This document shows positions 50,401 to 59,943 of a stretch of DNA of 64,000 nucleotides, piece after piece. The notes under the pieces were generated by a model. It was not told the origin of the DNA, did no database searches, and saw only the letters and a program-made list of their open reading frames with translations. A program made the position numbers and the translations under genes. The DNA is from Candidatus Multivoradales bacterium (lineage in GTDB: Bacteria > Acidobacteriota > Thermoanaerobaculia > Multivoradales > JAHEKO01): positions 480,001 through 544,000 of the forward strand of contig CBDFIJ010000004.1 in assembly GCA_965248055.1 (NCBI GenBank), written 5' to 3'. Positions within the stretch are counted from its first letter, which is position 1; every line of letters starts with the position of its first letter.

Positions 50401-52136
50401 TGGTGCCGATGTCTGCGGTATCGGAGCGCCAGCCGGTGCCTGACGCCCAAGCTGCACCCGAGCAGCCGACCGGGCCAGCGTCGATGCCGGGATCGGACCC
50501 TACCGGGGGGTACGATCTCTTCAGAGAGCAAAAGACCCCCGGTCTGTTGCGTCGGCTACTGACCACCCAGCGGCATTTTCTCGGTCTCTTGTTCGGCGGT
50601 ATCGTTGCTTACGCCCGGGACGCCGGCGTTGAGCGGCGCAACACCTTTCATCATCTGCTGCTGCGCGGCGTGGCTTTGCCCGCGGGGTGGCTAGTTGATA
50701 GCGAATTGCGCGCCGAGCCTTTTCCGGTACAACTGCGCAAGCGCCTCGAGCTTCTCGGCACCACCTACATCAAGCTCGGCCAGATCTTGAGTCTTCGACA
50801 GGATCTCCTACCGCCGGTCATCACCAACGAGTTGCAACAGCTCTTGGCTCGTCTCCCGGCACTGCCCTTTGACCGCTTCCTGGAACTAGTAACCGCTGAG
50901 ATCGGCAGGCCCACAGAGGACGTCTTCTCGTCGATTCACCCGGAGCCGCTGGGCTCGGCCTCGATCGGACAAATCCACCGGGCCACGACGATCGAGGGCG
51001 AAGAAGTTGTCCTCAAGCTGGTCAAACCCGGCATTAGAGAGACCTTACAGCGCGATGTCGTTCTGCTGCGCATCGTCGGTCAATTGCTGGAATGGATCGT
51101 TCCCCGGGTGCAACCCAAGAAGACGATCCGAGAATTCTGTGACTACACCCTGCGTGAGGTTGACTTGCGGCTGGAGGCAGACAACGCCGACACTTTCTCC
51201 GCCAACTTCAGCGATGAACCAGACATCGTGTTCCCCACTATTCGAAGGGATCTCTCGACCCGCAACCTGTTGATCCAAGAGTTCTTCAATGGCGTGACCC
51301 CTGGACCCGAGGCATCCTCGACATTGGACGAGGCGGAGCGCGCGCGGATGATCGACCTTGGCGCCAAGGCAATCGTGCGCATGCTCTACAAAGACGGCTT
51401 CTTTCACGCCGATTTGCACCCGGGCAATTTAATGATTCTGCCGGGTGGCCGGGTCGGATTCATCGACCTGGGCATGGTCGGTCGTTTCCACGAAGAAGTG
51501 CGGCGCGGGCTGCTCTACTACTACTACAGTCTGGTGATGGGAGACGCCGAAGGGGCCGCCCGTTACCTCACCGCAATGGCTGAAGTGGCTCCGCGCGGTG
51601 ACGCCCAGGCGTTTCGTCATGATGTCGAGGAAATTTGTCGACGCTGGCAGCGCGGCTCCTCTTTTGCAGACTTCTCGATCGGTCGACTGATCTTGGCCTG
51701 CGTCGCCCGAGGTGCTTGGCACCGGCTCTACTTTCCGGTCGAGATGGTGCTTATGGTCAAGGCTCTGGTCACCTTCGAAGGGGTCGGCAGGCAACTGGAC
51801 GAAGAGTTCGACGTGCGCTCGGTTTCCCAGCGACACATCAACCAAATCTTTATCCACCAGTTCAGTCCGATGCGGATCGCCCGGGAGGGATTGCGCGGTG
51901 CTCCTGAGTTGGTAGACGTTCTGGTCAAGAGCCCGATGCTGCTCACCGAGGGGATGCGATTTTTGGAGCAGGCGACTAGAAAACCCCCGGAGAACCCTCT
52001 GGCTGGTCTGCGCGGCACTATGTTTGCTGGCGCCTGTATCGTCTCCGGTGCAGTTCTCTTGGGGCTTTCTGGCCCGACTTGGCTGGGGATCGCATTTCTG
52101 GTCCTCGGCTTTCTCACCGCCCTCAAGCGGTCATGA
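50400..52136 (+). CDS. AarF/ABC1/UbiB family atypical kinase
   Basis: YIKLGQ, SASIGQIH, FHADLHPGN, IDLGMVG; TGATG coupling. Confidence 0.92.
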   Translation: MVPMSAVSERQPVPDAQAAPEQPTGPASMPGSDPTGGYDLFREQKTPGLLRRLLTTQRHFLGLLFGGIVAYARDAGVERRNTFHHLLLRGVALPAGWLVDSELRAEPFPVQLRKRLELLGTTYIKLGQILSLRQDLLPPVITNELQQLLARLPALPFDRFLELVTAEIGRPTEDVFSSIHPEPLGSASIGQIHRATTIEGEEVVLKLVKPGIRETLQRDVVLLRIVGQLLEWIVPRVQPKKTIREFCDYTLREVDLRLEADNADTFSANFSDEPDIVFPTIRRDLSTRNLLIQEFFNGVTPGPEASSTLDEAERARMIDLGAKAIVRMLYKDGFFHADLHPGNLMILPGGRVGFIDLGMVGRFHEEVRRGLLYYYYSLVMGDAEGAARYLTAMAEVAPRGDAQAFRHDVEEICRRWQRGSSFADFSIGRLILACVARGAWHRLYFPVEMVLMVKALVTFEGVGRQLDEEFDVRSVSQRHINQIFIHQFSPMRIAREGLRGAPELVDVLVKSPMLLTEGMRFLEQATRKPPENPLAGLRGTMFAGACIVSGAVLLGLSGPTWLGIAFLVLGFLTALKRS

Positions 52137-53290
52137 CCGACACGGCCAAACCACCCTACGACCCGGTCGACATCGAATACTTTCGCGACCTATCGCACGA
52201 CATCTTCGGGCCATTGCTCGACAGCTACTTCCGTCCACGCTTGGTCGGTGCGGACCGCCTTCCAGAGAACGGTCCAGCCATCCTCGCCGCCAACCACAGT
52301 GGCACTGCGTTTCCTTGGGATGCGATGGTCTTTGATTATCTGATGTTTCGCCGCAATGGCCTACGCAAAGACAACCTAGTACGCCCGGTGTTTGAGAAAG
52401 AACTGGCCCAGGCTTGGTGGATGCGACCCTTCGGAATCGATGATTTCTGGCGTCGAGGCGGTGGGGTCGATATGACCTTCGACAATTTCGACCGTCTGCT
52501 CGAGCACCGCAAATCGGTACTTTATTTTCCCGAAGGGGTTCCTGGGATCGGCAAAGGGTTCCAACGTCGCTACCAACTCCAGCGCTATAGCTCCAGCTTT
52601 GTCCTACTCGCCGCCAAGCACGCAGCGCCGGTCTATCCGATCTACATCATCAACGCCGAGTGGGTGATCCCCTACAACTTCACCTGGAAGCCACTGGATC
52701 GCTTGGTGCAGCGCCTGGCGCGGGTTCCGTTCATGCCGCTTCCCGCCGGGCCTCTGGCGATGACCTTCCCGTGGATGTGGTATTTGGCCTTGCCAGCCCG
52801 CATGGTGTTCGTCGTCGGCGAAGGTTTCGACGTGCGACGAATCGCCCAGGAGTGTGGCTTCGATCCAGAGGACTTGGATCGCGATCGAGCGAGACAGGTC
52901 GCAGAAGAAATTCGGGTTCGCATGCAACGGCTGCTCGATCAAAAGGTTGATAAGTACGGTCGCGCCCCTTACCACTGGCGCTCGCTCAAAGAGACACTGC
53001 GTACCCAAGGTGGCAAGGCATTGATGCCCTGGCGCTGGCCCTGGTTGTTCGTGCGCCACAACCGTAACCGCCAGCGGCCGGCAGCACATAATTGGCTCCA
53101 CCGGTGGCTACGCGATTGGGATCTATTCGGCTATTACCTGCCCTTCGGTTGGCCGATCCTGGCGCTGGCTAGAAAGTTCCGCAAGCCTCCGTGCGGCTAC
53201 CGTGGCCTGACCCAAGATCAGCGGCGCGAACGCGAAGGAACCTTTCTGTGGAAGTTATCCGATCGACCCTTGCCCAAATCTGAAGCGTAG
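52133..53290 (+). CDS. lysophospholipid/DGAT2-like acyltransferase
   Basis: ANHSG....WD, YFPEG; ATGA coupling. Confidence 0.8.
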   Translation: MTDTAKPPYDPVDIEYFRDLSHDIFGPLLDSYFRPRLVGADRLPENGPAILAANHSGTAFPWDAMVFDYLMFRRNGLRKDNLVRPVFEKELAQAWWMRPFGIDDFWRRGGGVDMTFDNFDRLLEHRKSVLYFPEGVPGIGKGFQRRYQLQRYSSSFVLLAAKHAAPVYPIYIINAEWVIPYNFTWKPLDRLVQRLARVPFMPLPAGPLAMTFPWMWYLALPARMVFVVGEGFDVRRIAQECGFDPEDLDRDRARQVAEEIRVRMQRLLDQKVDKYGRAPYHWRSLKETLRTQGGKALMPWRWPWLFVRHNRNRQRPAAHNWLHRWLRDWDLFGYYLPFGWPILALARKFRKPPCGYRGLTQDQRREREGTFLWKLSDRPLPKSEA

Positions 53291-53341
53291 CTTTGTACGC
53301 CGATTGAGAGTGGCGCCGCACAGAACGCTTCAGTCGTTCGA

Positions 53342-53680
53342 GGGTGGATCCACCCAAGACTGAATTGCCGACAGATCCCGGCCCCCCGAAACCACCCCCG
53401 CCGGGATGACCAAAGGGGGGCGTGCCCGCCGGGGCAACGGAAAGGAGGGGGCGTTGGTTAAATCTCTGTCTGTTCTCGGTCATTCCCGCTCTGGGAGGGA
53501 GTGGGGCGAGCCAGTTCTTGTCATCCTGAGCGGAGGCCGCAGGCCGGAGTCGAAGAATCTCAATGGCCCGAACCTGTCCAATGCAGGAAAGACAGCAGAT
53601 CGCTCCCGGCTTTCAAAGTCACTTCTGCCGGGATGATGCAGGAGAGGGCGCAACGGGGGCATACCCGCCGGAATGACAAC
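53342..53680. repeat. cluster of REP-like GTCAT(C/T)C / GG(G/A)ATGA elements between convergent genes
   Basis: CCGGGATGAC 53401, GTCATTCCCG 53479, GTCATCCTGAGC..GAAGAATCT 53520, CCGGGATGAT ~53628, CCGGAATGAC ~53668. Confidence 0.6.
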
Positions 53681-53687
53681 TTCACAG

Positions 53688-54926
53688 TCAGTTATCGATC
53701 AACGCGTCAACTCGATCCAGGGCACTGCTGAGATCACCCAGGACGCGACTGGGTTTGGGGTGCCGCTGATCGGCATCGGTTTCGAGTTCTTGCAAGTCGG
53801 GCTTGTCCCATAGGCCATCGGTAGATGCCAATGCCTCCTGGGAGAGATGCGCGCCATGTTCGGCCAAGATCGGCGCCAGTTCTTCACTGCGATCGTGCAG
53901 TTCGGCCCGGGTGCGCCGGTAGGCGTGGTCCGCCAGGCTCCGGCGTGAGGAAAAGCTGAAGATATTGGTGAAAAACATCCGGTAGTCATCGCGCTTGGGT
54001 TCCAGCAGCACCACATCGGCGCCGCCAAAGCGATTTTGGTAGGTCGCCATGCCCACTTCCAGGCGCGAGTGGATCAAGGTGCGGAAGGTCTGCGCCATCA
54101 CCGTCGGCAGCCCGCGATCCACCAGCTTGCCGCGCTTCATGATCCCTTCGGCTACGGCTCTCGAGGTGTCGACTGGCACGATTGGATTGAGACACAGCAG
54201 CAGATTGGCCCCCTCTTCCAAGGCCACCGAGGCGTGCAAGGTCTTGAGTAGAACACCGTCCACGTAGTGTCGATGGTCGATCTCAACCGGAGGATAGAGA
54301 CCCGGGAGCGCACTCGACGCCTGCACCGCGATCGAGATCGGCACGTGGTCCCAATCTCTACTCCCAAACTGCACCGCCGTCCCAGAATCCAGATCGGCGG
54401 CAATGACAAAGAGCTTGCTCTTGAGGGCGCGAAAGTCGTTGGTGCGCCCTTTCATCGAGTAGATCCGTTCCAAGTAGTTGCGAATCGGTCGGTTGTCGAA
54501 AAATCCCACCGGCAACGCTCGCCCCAGTCGGGTTAGCGACTCGAGCAGGGACTCATCAGCGGGATCGGTGAGGTAAGCACGCACTGCGTCGAGCAATAGG
54601 CTGGGGGTACGCAGGCCACCTTGCAGCCACTGACGCGTGGCCGGAGTCAGAAATGTGGTGGGAACGAAAGGATGTTCGCCCGGATCGCTCTTGACGATCG
54701 CCCGGCACATCTGCGCTGGCGTCAAACCATTAGCGAGGTTGGCGCTTAAGAACGCACCGGCACTGACACCAACATAGATGTCCAACGCATTGAGGTCGAG
54801 GTCGGGGATCGCCTCGCTCACCGCATAGAGCGCACCGATCTCGTAAACCGCCCCTTCAGGGCCACCTCCGGCAAGCGCAAGGCCGATCCGGGACTTCCCC
54901 GACCGGCCGTCAGTTCGCGACACCAA
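53688..54926 (-). CDS. patatin-like phospholipase / PHA-depolymerase-like
   Basis: LAGGGPEG, GVSAG, ASSALPG, YVDG. Confidence 0.88.
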   Translation of the reverse strand: MVSRTDGRSGKSRIGLALAGGGPEGAVYEIGALYAVSEAIPDLDLNALDIYVGVSAGAFLSANLANGLTPAQMCRAIVKSDPGEHPFVPTTFLTPATRQWLQGGLRTPSLLLDAVRAYLTDPADESLLESLTRLGRALPVGFFDNRPIRNYLERIYSMKGRTNDFRALKSKLFVIAADLDSGTAVQFGSRDWDHVPISIAVQASSALPGLYPPVEIDHRHYVDGVLLKTLHASVALEEGANLLLCLNPIVPVDTSRAVAEGIMKRGKLVDRGLPTVMAQTFRTLIHSRLEVGMATYQNRFGGADVVLLEPKRDDYRMFFTNIFSFSSRRSLADHAYRRTRAELHDRSEELAPILAEHGAHLSQEALASTDGLWDKPDLQELETDADQRHPKPSRVLGDLSSALDRVDALIDN

Positions 54927-54932
54927 GCAGAC

Positions 54933-55337
54933 CTAGGCGGTCTTGCGGGTCGCTCTCTTCTTGGCAGTTTTTCGGGCAGGTTTCTTCTCAACCGCATTCA
55001 GCTTGTCGGTCAGCTCTTCGACCCGTGCCACCAGATTTTGAATCTCGCTGCGGCTGGGCAGGCCCAACTTGTCAAGTGCTTTGCCAACCTTCTGGTCCAC
55101 GGTGCTCTCGACCTTGTCCCACTGGTTGCCCAGGGCGTCGATGGCGTCGCCGGCCTTCTCTTTGACCATTTTGAGATCGCCCTTGCGACGACCCTCAAAC
55201 TTCTCGCCCTTGTGCACTAAGTTGGTGAACAGCTTGCTGCCCTCTTCCTCGGTAACCGCCAGCGCGCCCAAGCCCGCTAGCCAAATCTTGTGCGCTGATT
55301 CTTTGATGTCGGTGGTGATGTTCTTCTTCTTTGCCAT
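54933..55337 (-). CDS. phasin (PhaF/PhaI-type granule-associated protein)
   Basis: IWLAGLGA, EGSKLF..LV.KGE, LGLPSRSEI, Lys-rich tail; GGAGG RBS. Confidence 0.88.
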   Translation of the reverse strand: MAKKKNITTDIKESAHKIWLAGLGALAVTEEEGSKLFTNLVHKGEKFEGRRKGDLKMVKEKAGDAIDALGNQWDKVESTVDQKVGKALDKLGLPSRSEIQNLVARVEELTDKLNAVEKKPARKTAKKRATRKTA

Positions 55338-55368
55338 GGTCGTGTCCTCCGTATGGACGTTTTTGTAA

Positions 55369-55854
55369 CTAACTCTTAGCGTCCGCAGCTTCACCCAGGG
55401 TCGCCTTTCGGGATGTTCTTTTCTTGGTTACCGGTTTTGTCAGCGACTGGATTGAATCTTCCAATTCACTCAGGCGTTGACGTAGCTCCTGCATTTCTTC
55501 ACGTGCACGTCGCACCGGTGCCACCTTGTCGAACGAAGCGTTAACCAAGCGATCGACGCCAGCCTGCACCTGCTCCACACCGCTGTGCAATACATGCTCT
55601 CCGCGGCGCACTAGATCGTGCAGCAGACTTGAGGGCAAAGGCTTACCGTTGCGCCCTTCCTCCAGAATGATCTGGGTCAAAGTCTGAGCGGTAACATCTG
55701 CTCCCGAGCGCTTGTCGACAACTTGAATCTCCTGACCCTCGCGAATCCAATCCGCCAACTCTTCTAGTAGCACGTAACGACTCTCGTCGGTGTCGTAGAG
55801 CTTGCGACTGGAATAGCGAGTGATGTTCTTGGTGGTTGTCGTTGTTTTGGACAT
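55369..55854 (-). CDS. phaR: PhaR-type polyhydroxyalkanoate synthesis regulator
   Basis: RYSSRKLYDTDESRYV.LEEL, VVD...G.DVT..TLTQIILE. Confidence 0.85.
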   Translation of the reverse strand: MSKTTTTTKNITRYSSRKLYDTDESRYVLLEELADWIREGQEIQVVDKRSGADVTAQTLTQIILEEGRNGKPLPSSLLHDLVRRGEHVLHSGVEQVQAGVDRLVNASFDKVAPVRRAREEMQELRQRLSELEDSIQSLTKPVTKKRTSRKATLGEAADAKS

Positions 55855-55911
55855 AATACGTTCCGTTCCCCGATTTGACTGGCTGTCTTTGGCAGCGTCT
55901 AATCGACCGGA

Positions 55912-55967
55912 ATGCCGCTATGCGGCATAGTCAAAGACAAATATACCGCGCTGCGGCAAAATGTCAA
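55912..55967 (-). promoter_or_regulatory. phaR promoter with two PhaR-like operators
   Basis: minus strand TTGACA(55967-62)-N16-TATATT(55945-40); TGCCGCAGCGCGGTA across the spacer; palindrome ATGCCGC-TAT-GCGGCAT at 55912-55928. Confidence 0.7.
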
Positions 55968-56106
55968 CCTAAACCAACTCCAACCCTTCAGAAGCCATAA
56001 CAAAGGATTGTTTTCTCCTTGCCATCTTGAGCTATAATCTGCTCATCGCAGACGGCCGGATGGGTGGTTCTGCAACTTAAGGACGGACTAAGGGAGAACG
56101 AATGGA

Positions 56107-56361
56107 ATGACCCATATCATCGCTGAGCCTTGTGTAGATGTGAAAGACACGGCGTGCGTCGATGTCTGCCCCGTGGATTGCATTTACGGAACGGATGAGG
56201 ACTGGGAGATGCTTTATATCCACCCTGAGGAGTGCATCGATTGCGGCCTGTGTATCGACGCTTGCCCGGTGGAGGCGATCTTCACGGAAGAAGATGTCCC
56301 AGAAAAATGGCATGCATTTATCGCCAAGAACTACGAACATTTCGGCATCGACGCTCCCTAG
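56107..56361 (+). CDS. 7Fe-type ferredoxin
   Basis: CVDVKDTACVDVCP and CIDCGLCIDACP. Confidence 0.92.
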   Translation: MTHIIAEPCVDVKDTACVDVCPVDCIYGTDEDWEMLYIHPEECIDCGLCIDACPVEAIFTEEDVPEKWHAFIAKNYEHFGIDAP

Positions 56362-56389
56362 GTAGCACTGATCTAGGTAGCACTGATCT
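56358..56389. repeat. exact 15-bp tandem duplication over the ferredoxin stop
   Basis: CTAGGTAGCACTGAT x2. Confidence 0.85.
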
Positions 56390-56395
56390 CAGTTG

Positions 56396-56438
56396 AAAAA
56401 AGAAAGGGGGGGCCGGGTGGCACGCCCTTTCTTTTTTT
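56396..56438. terminator. bidirectional rho-independent terminator
   Basis: AAAAAAGAAAGGG...CCCTTTCTTTTTT between convergent genes. Confidence 0.8.
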
Positions 56439-56490
56439 GTGGGAAACAACTCCGACCCATGAGCTTCTCCTGGACCAAGATTCCACTGGC

Positions 56491-58110
56491 TTATTCGGCG
56501 TCGGTGGAATTGACGGGGTTGGGATCGTCAGGGGCCGACTCGGCAGATGCGGAAACTTCTGGGGGGACAACCTTGCTCACGGTCTCCTCTATCGTTGCCT
56601 TAACGCCTGGGTTCTCATCTCCCGTTGTTTCCGTTCTTTCACTCTCAGCGTCCTCAGGAACTTCTGGTTCAGGAGGTCTCTGGGCAACGATCTCCTGCAG
56701 CAAGCGGTGAAAACTCCTGACCCGTTTGACATAAATCACCGGTTCGCCGCCCCGGGCGTAGCCGTAGCGCAATTCTTGGTAGTAACGCGGCTGAGAGAGC
56801 AACGGCAACACCGACTCAACCCCAGGCCAGGTGTTGGGGTTGTGCCCGAGTTCTACCGCCAAGCGCCGCGCATCTTGCAAATGGCCCAGGCCAACGTTGT
56901 AAGACGCCAGCCCCATGCGCAGGCGGTCTTCTCCTCGAATGAACCTCGGAATTCCACCCAGTTGACGGCGCAGATAGCGCGCTCCACCGAGGATCGATGC
57001 ATCGGGGTCAGAGCGATCCTCAATCTGTAAATCGCTCGCTGCGGCTTTGGTCAACATCATCAACCCAACCACTCCGGTGGGACTCACTGCTTCCGGCTGC
57101 CATTGCGATTCTTGGTATCCGACTGCGGCCAACAAGGTCCAATCAAGGCCGGTCTCTTCTTCCGCTCGGCGAAATGTGGGCTCATATCTTGGCAGGCGGC
57201 TGTCGACTCGTTCTCGAAACACTTGCACGTCGTAGGAGGAAAAAGGATTTTCAGCACTGTAGTACTTGTTGAGTAACGCGTCGAGGCGTTGTGACTCCGC
57301 CATCTCAGAGAACCAAGTCTCCATCAATGGTGCCAGGTCCTCAGCCTGCGGCGCGATGAACCATCCCAATTCGACTCCGGAGCCAATGGCAAACGGAGAT
57401 TTCAACCTCGGCAGGGTGCGCCGACCCAAAGCCAAGATCGTCGAGTCGGCGACCGTACACTGCAGTTCGCCCTCTGAAACACGCTCCAAGAGCTGCTCAT
57501 TCGACAGCGCGTTGGTGGTGCGCCAGCGCAGACCCGGTAGCTCGGTCTTGAGCGTCTGCAAGGTCTCCTGGTAGCTCGAATCGCCGATAATGCGTAGCTT
57601 CGCTTGCTGCAGATCTGCGACCTCCTTGACCCTGGCTCCAGGACCGCAAACCACCCTCTCCTCAACCGTTTGGTAGGTCGGGCCGACGAGAAAATCATCT
57701 TGACGTTCAGCGGTTTTGGATAGCCCAGCAGCGGCGAAATCGACTTCTCCACTGGCAACCGCTTCGAGAATCTCACCGATCTCGTGTTTGACCACCAGCC
57801 GCAAGTTCCAGCCGTTGGCCTCAGCAAAGGCCAGAGCTAGATCGTACTCGAACCCAGCCGCTTGGTCGTCACGATCGAAGTAGTAGGTGGTGGGCGCATT
57901 GCGTGTCGCCACTACCACTTCATTGCGAACCCCGGAAACAGAGGGTTCGCCACCCCATGGACACGCCGCCAAGACTCCCGAGCACAAGGCAACGAGGGCC
58001 AACCTTAGTCGTGCCTTCCAGGTACGATTCTTTGAAGTACTGGCCTTTAAGGTGCAAGTCTTCAAGGCACTGGTTCGTAGGATCGCGGTTCTCAAGATAC
58101 TGGTTCTCAA
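56491..58110 (-). CDS. mltF: membrane-bound lytic murein transglycosylase F
   Basis: lipobox LAAC; SBP-like domain (GFEYDLA); YQESQW, GLMML, ASYNVGLGH, GYARG; start uncertain. Confidence 0.9.
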   Translation of the reverse strand: MRTSILRTAILRTSALKTCTLKASTSKNRTWKARLRLALVALCSGVLAACPWGGEPSVSGVRNEVVVATRNAPTTYYFDRDDQAAGFEYDLALAFAEANGWNLRLVVKHEIGEILEAVASGEVDFAAAGLSKTAERQDDFLVGPTYQTVEERVVCGPGARVKEVADLQQAKLRIIGDSSYQETLQTLKTELPGLRWRTTNALSNEQLLERVSEGELQCTVADSTILALGRRTLPRLKSPFAIGSGVELGWFIAPQAEDLAPLMETWFSEMAESQRLDALLNKYYSAENPFSSYDVQVFRERVDSRLPRYEPTFRRAEEETGLDWTLLAAVGYQESQWQPEAVSPTGVVGLMMLTKAAASDLQIEDRSDPDASILGGARYLRRQLGGIPRFIRGEDRLRMGLASYNVGLGHLQDARRLAVELGHNPNTWPGVESVLPLLSQPRYYQELRYGYARGGEPVIYVKRVRSFHRLLQEIVAQRPPEPEVPEDAESERTETTGDENPGVKATIEETVSKVVPPEVSASAESAPDDPNPVNSTDAE

Positions 58111-58200
58111 GGTCTAGTTCTCAAGGTACTGGCTCTCAGAGAACTGGCTCTCAAAGAATAAGCCTCCAAGAACCGGTTCTCAAAGAACTGACCTCGAACA
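58010..58200. repeat. degenerate 15-bp tandem array, ~12 units, consensus CTGGTTCTCAAG(G/A)(T/A)A
   Basis: e.g. GCGGTTCTCAAGATA CTGGTTCTCAAGGT CTAGTTCTCAAGGTA CTGGCTCTCAGAGAA CTGGCTCTCAAAGAA. Confidence 0.8.
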
Positions 58201-58260
58201 ACCTCGCGATCCTACCCGACAGAGCCCGGACAGACCTCCGGCCCTATCTGCCAACGTAGC

Positions 58261-59082
58261 TGAGACACTTGGCCCCCTGATAATTAGAGGGCGGAAGGAG
58301 GTTTCAGTATGTTTCAGAATCAGCCCATATTTCCCGTCTCGCCGAAGGCGACCGAGGAGCGTAGCGACGAGAGAGCCGGAGGGGAGACGGTGCATTTGTC
58401 CTCGACCCCCGAATCGGTACCCGACCCTGAGATCGAGGCTCGACCCGCCAGACGGCGGTTTACGGCAAAGTACAAGCTGGCGATCTTGGAGCAGGCCGAC
58501 GCTTGCTCCAGCCGAGAGGAGGTCGGGTCCCTGTTGCGCCGGGAGGGTCTCTACTCATCTCATCTATCTAACTGGCGCCTAGCTCGGCGACGGGGATCGC
58601 TTGCCGCGCTAGGCAAGAGGCGCGGACGCAAACCCAAAAGGCACCCGTTGGAAAGCAAGGTTGCTCGACTAGAGCGGGAGAAGACTCGGCTTGAGAACGA
58701 ATTGCACAGGGCACAGCTGATCATCGATGTGCAAAGAAAAGTAGCCGGGCTGCTGGGTATCCCCTCAGAGGGCGAGAAGAACTCGTGAAAGCGGCCAGGA
58801 CGCTGGCTCCGTGGGTCGGTATCGCACCGGCCTGCCGGAGCCTGAGCGTCAGTCGTGCAACGTTCTATCGTCGGCTTCGGCCGAGATCAACCGAGCCTCA
58901 GCAGCCTCGACCGACTCCAGCTCGGGCACTGACAGTCAGCGAAAAACAACAGGTCCTTGACCTACTCAACGGGCCGCGCTTTGTCGACGCTGCACCGGCG
59001 GCCGTGGTGGCCACCCTTCTCGACGAAGAACGCTATCTGTGCTCGGAGCGCACCATGTACCGACTCCTGGCAGCTGAGAAGA
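58261..59082 (+). mobile_element. IS3-family element, left part (orfA 58309-58788, truncated orfB from 58785)
   Basis: RRRFTAKYKLAIL..LLRREGLYSSHL; VSRATFYR..CSERTMYRLL; probable TG-starting left end; cut by an IS256 end. Confidence 0.8.
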
Positions 59083-59144
59083 GGATGTGTCCCGAATCTT
59101 GTGGAAATTGGTATTTGGCGTAGCGTCTCCCGCGGTCAGGTTTA
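59083..59144 (-). mobile_element. right end of the same IS256 (fragment)
   Basis: reverse complement of 40263-40324 with one mismatch. Confidence 0.92.
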
Positions 59145-59943
59145 GGGCGTGTTCACACTAGTTGATGTATACTCGGTGGATGGAAATAACAATAGAACAA
59201 TTTGCCCGAATCGAGCCTTTCCTTCCACGACAGCGTGGCAATGTATCGATAGATAACCTCCAGGTGCTCAACGCGATACTTTACGTTGCAGAACATGGCT
59301 GTAAGTGGCGCGGGCTGCCGAAGCGTTTTGGTAATTGGCATACCGTCTATACGCGTATGAACCGTTGGGCAAAGAAAGGCGTGCTGGATCGAGTGTTTAG
59401 TGAACTGCAACGCCAGCAAGTCATTCAGGTCCGTGTTGAGGCGGTTTCACTCGATAGCACAGCGGTTAAGGTACACCCTGATGGAACGGGCGCTCTAAAA
59501 AAAACGGTCCACAGGCGATCGGCAAGTCGCGGGGAGGATGGACTACAAAGATTCATATGGTTGCCGCAGATGCTCGGACCGCAGTGAATTTTTCTCTGTC
59601 TCCTGGCAATGCTGCTGACGCGCCAGAGGGTCGTAAACTATTGAGAGAAACAACCCTATCGGCCAAATACATGATTATGGACCGAGCGTATGAAGGTAAT
59701 GAAACACGCCAACTCGTGCTCGATCTTGGTCTTACACCTGTTGTGGCGCCGAAAAGCAATCGATTACAACCTTGGCTATACGACCGAGAAATGTACAAGA
59801 AGCGCAATGAAGTCGAGCGCTTGTTTCGTCGCTTGAAGGGGTTTCGTCGGATATTCTCACGCTTCGACAAATTGGACATAATCTTCACATTCTTCATACA
59901 CTTCGCACTCATTGTCGATGCTATATTTAGCGTTAACGCGCCC
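59145..59943 (+). mobile_element. IS5-family (IS427-like) element, two ORFs joined by -1 frameshift
   Basis: IRs GGGCGTGTTCACACTA / TAGCGTTAACGCGCCC; TA flanks; A8 at 59497-59504; LDST, GKSRGGWTTKIH, DRAY, RNEVERLF. Confidence 0.92.

Noticed and set aside
58010-58200. Short repeats as a CRISPR array or iterons
   Set aside because: Contiguous degenerate 15-mers without spacers; no rep or cas gene nearby.
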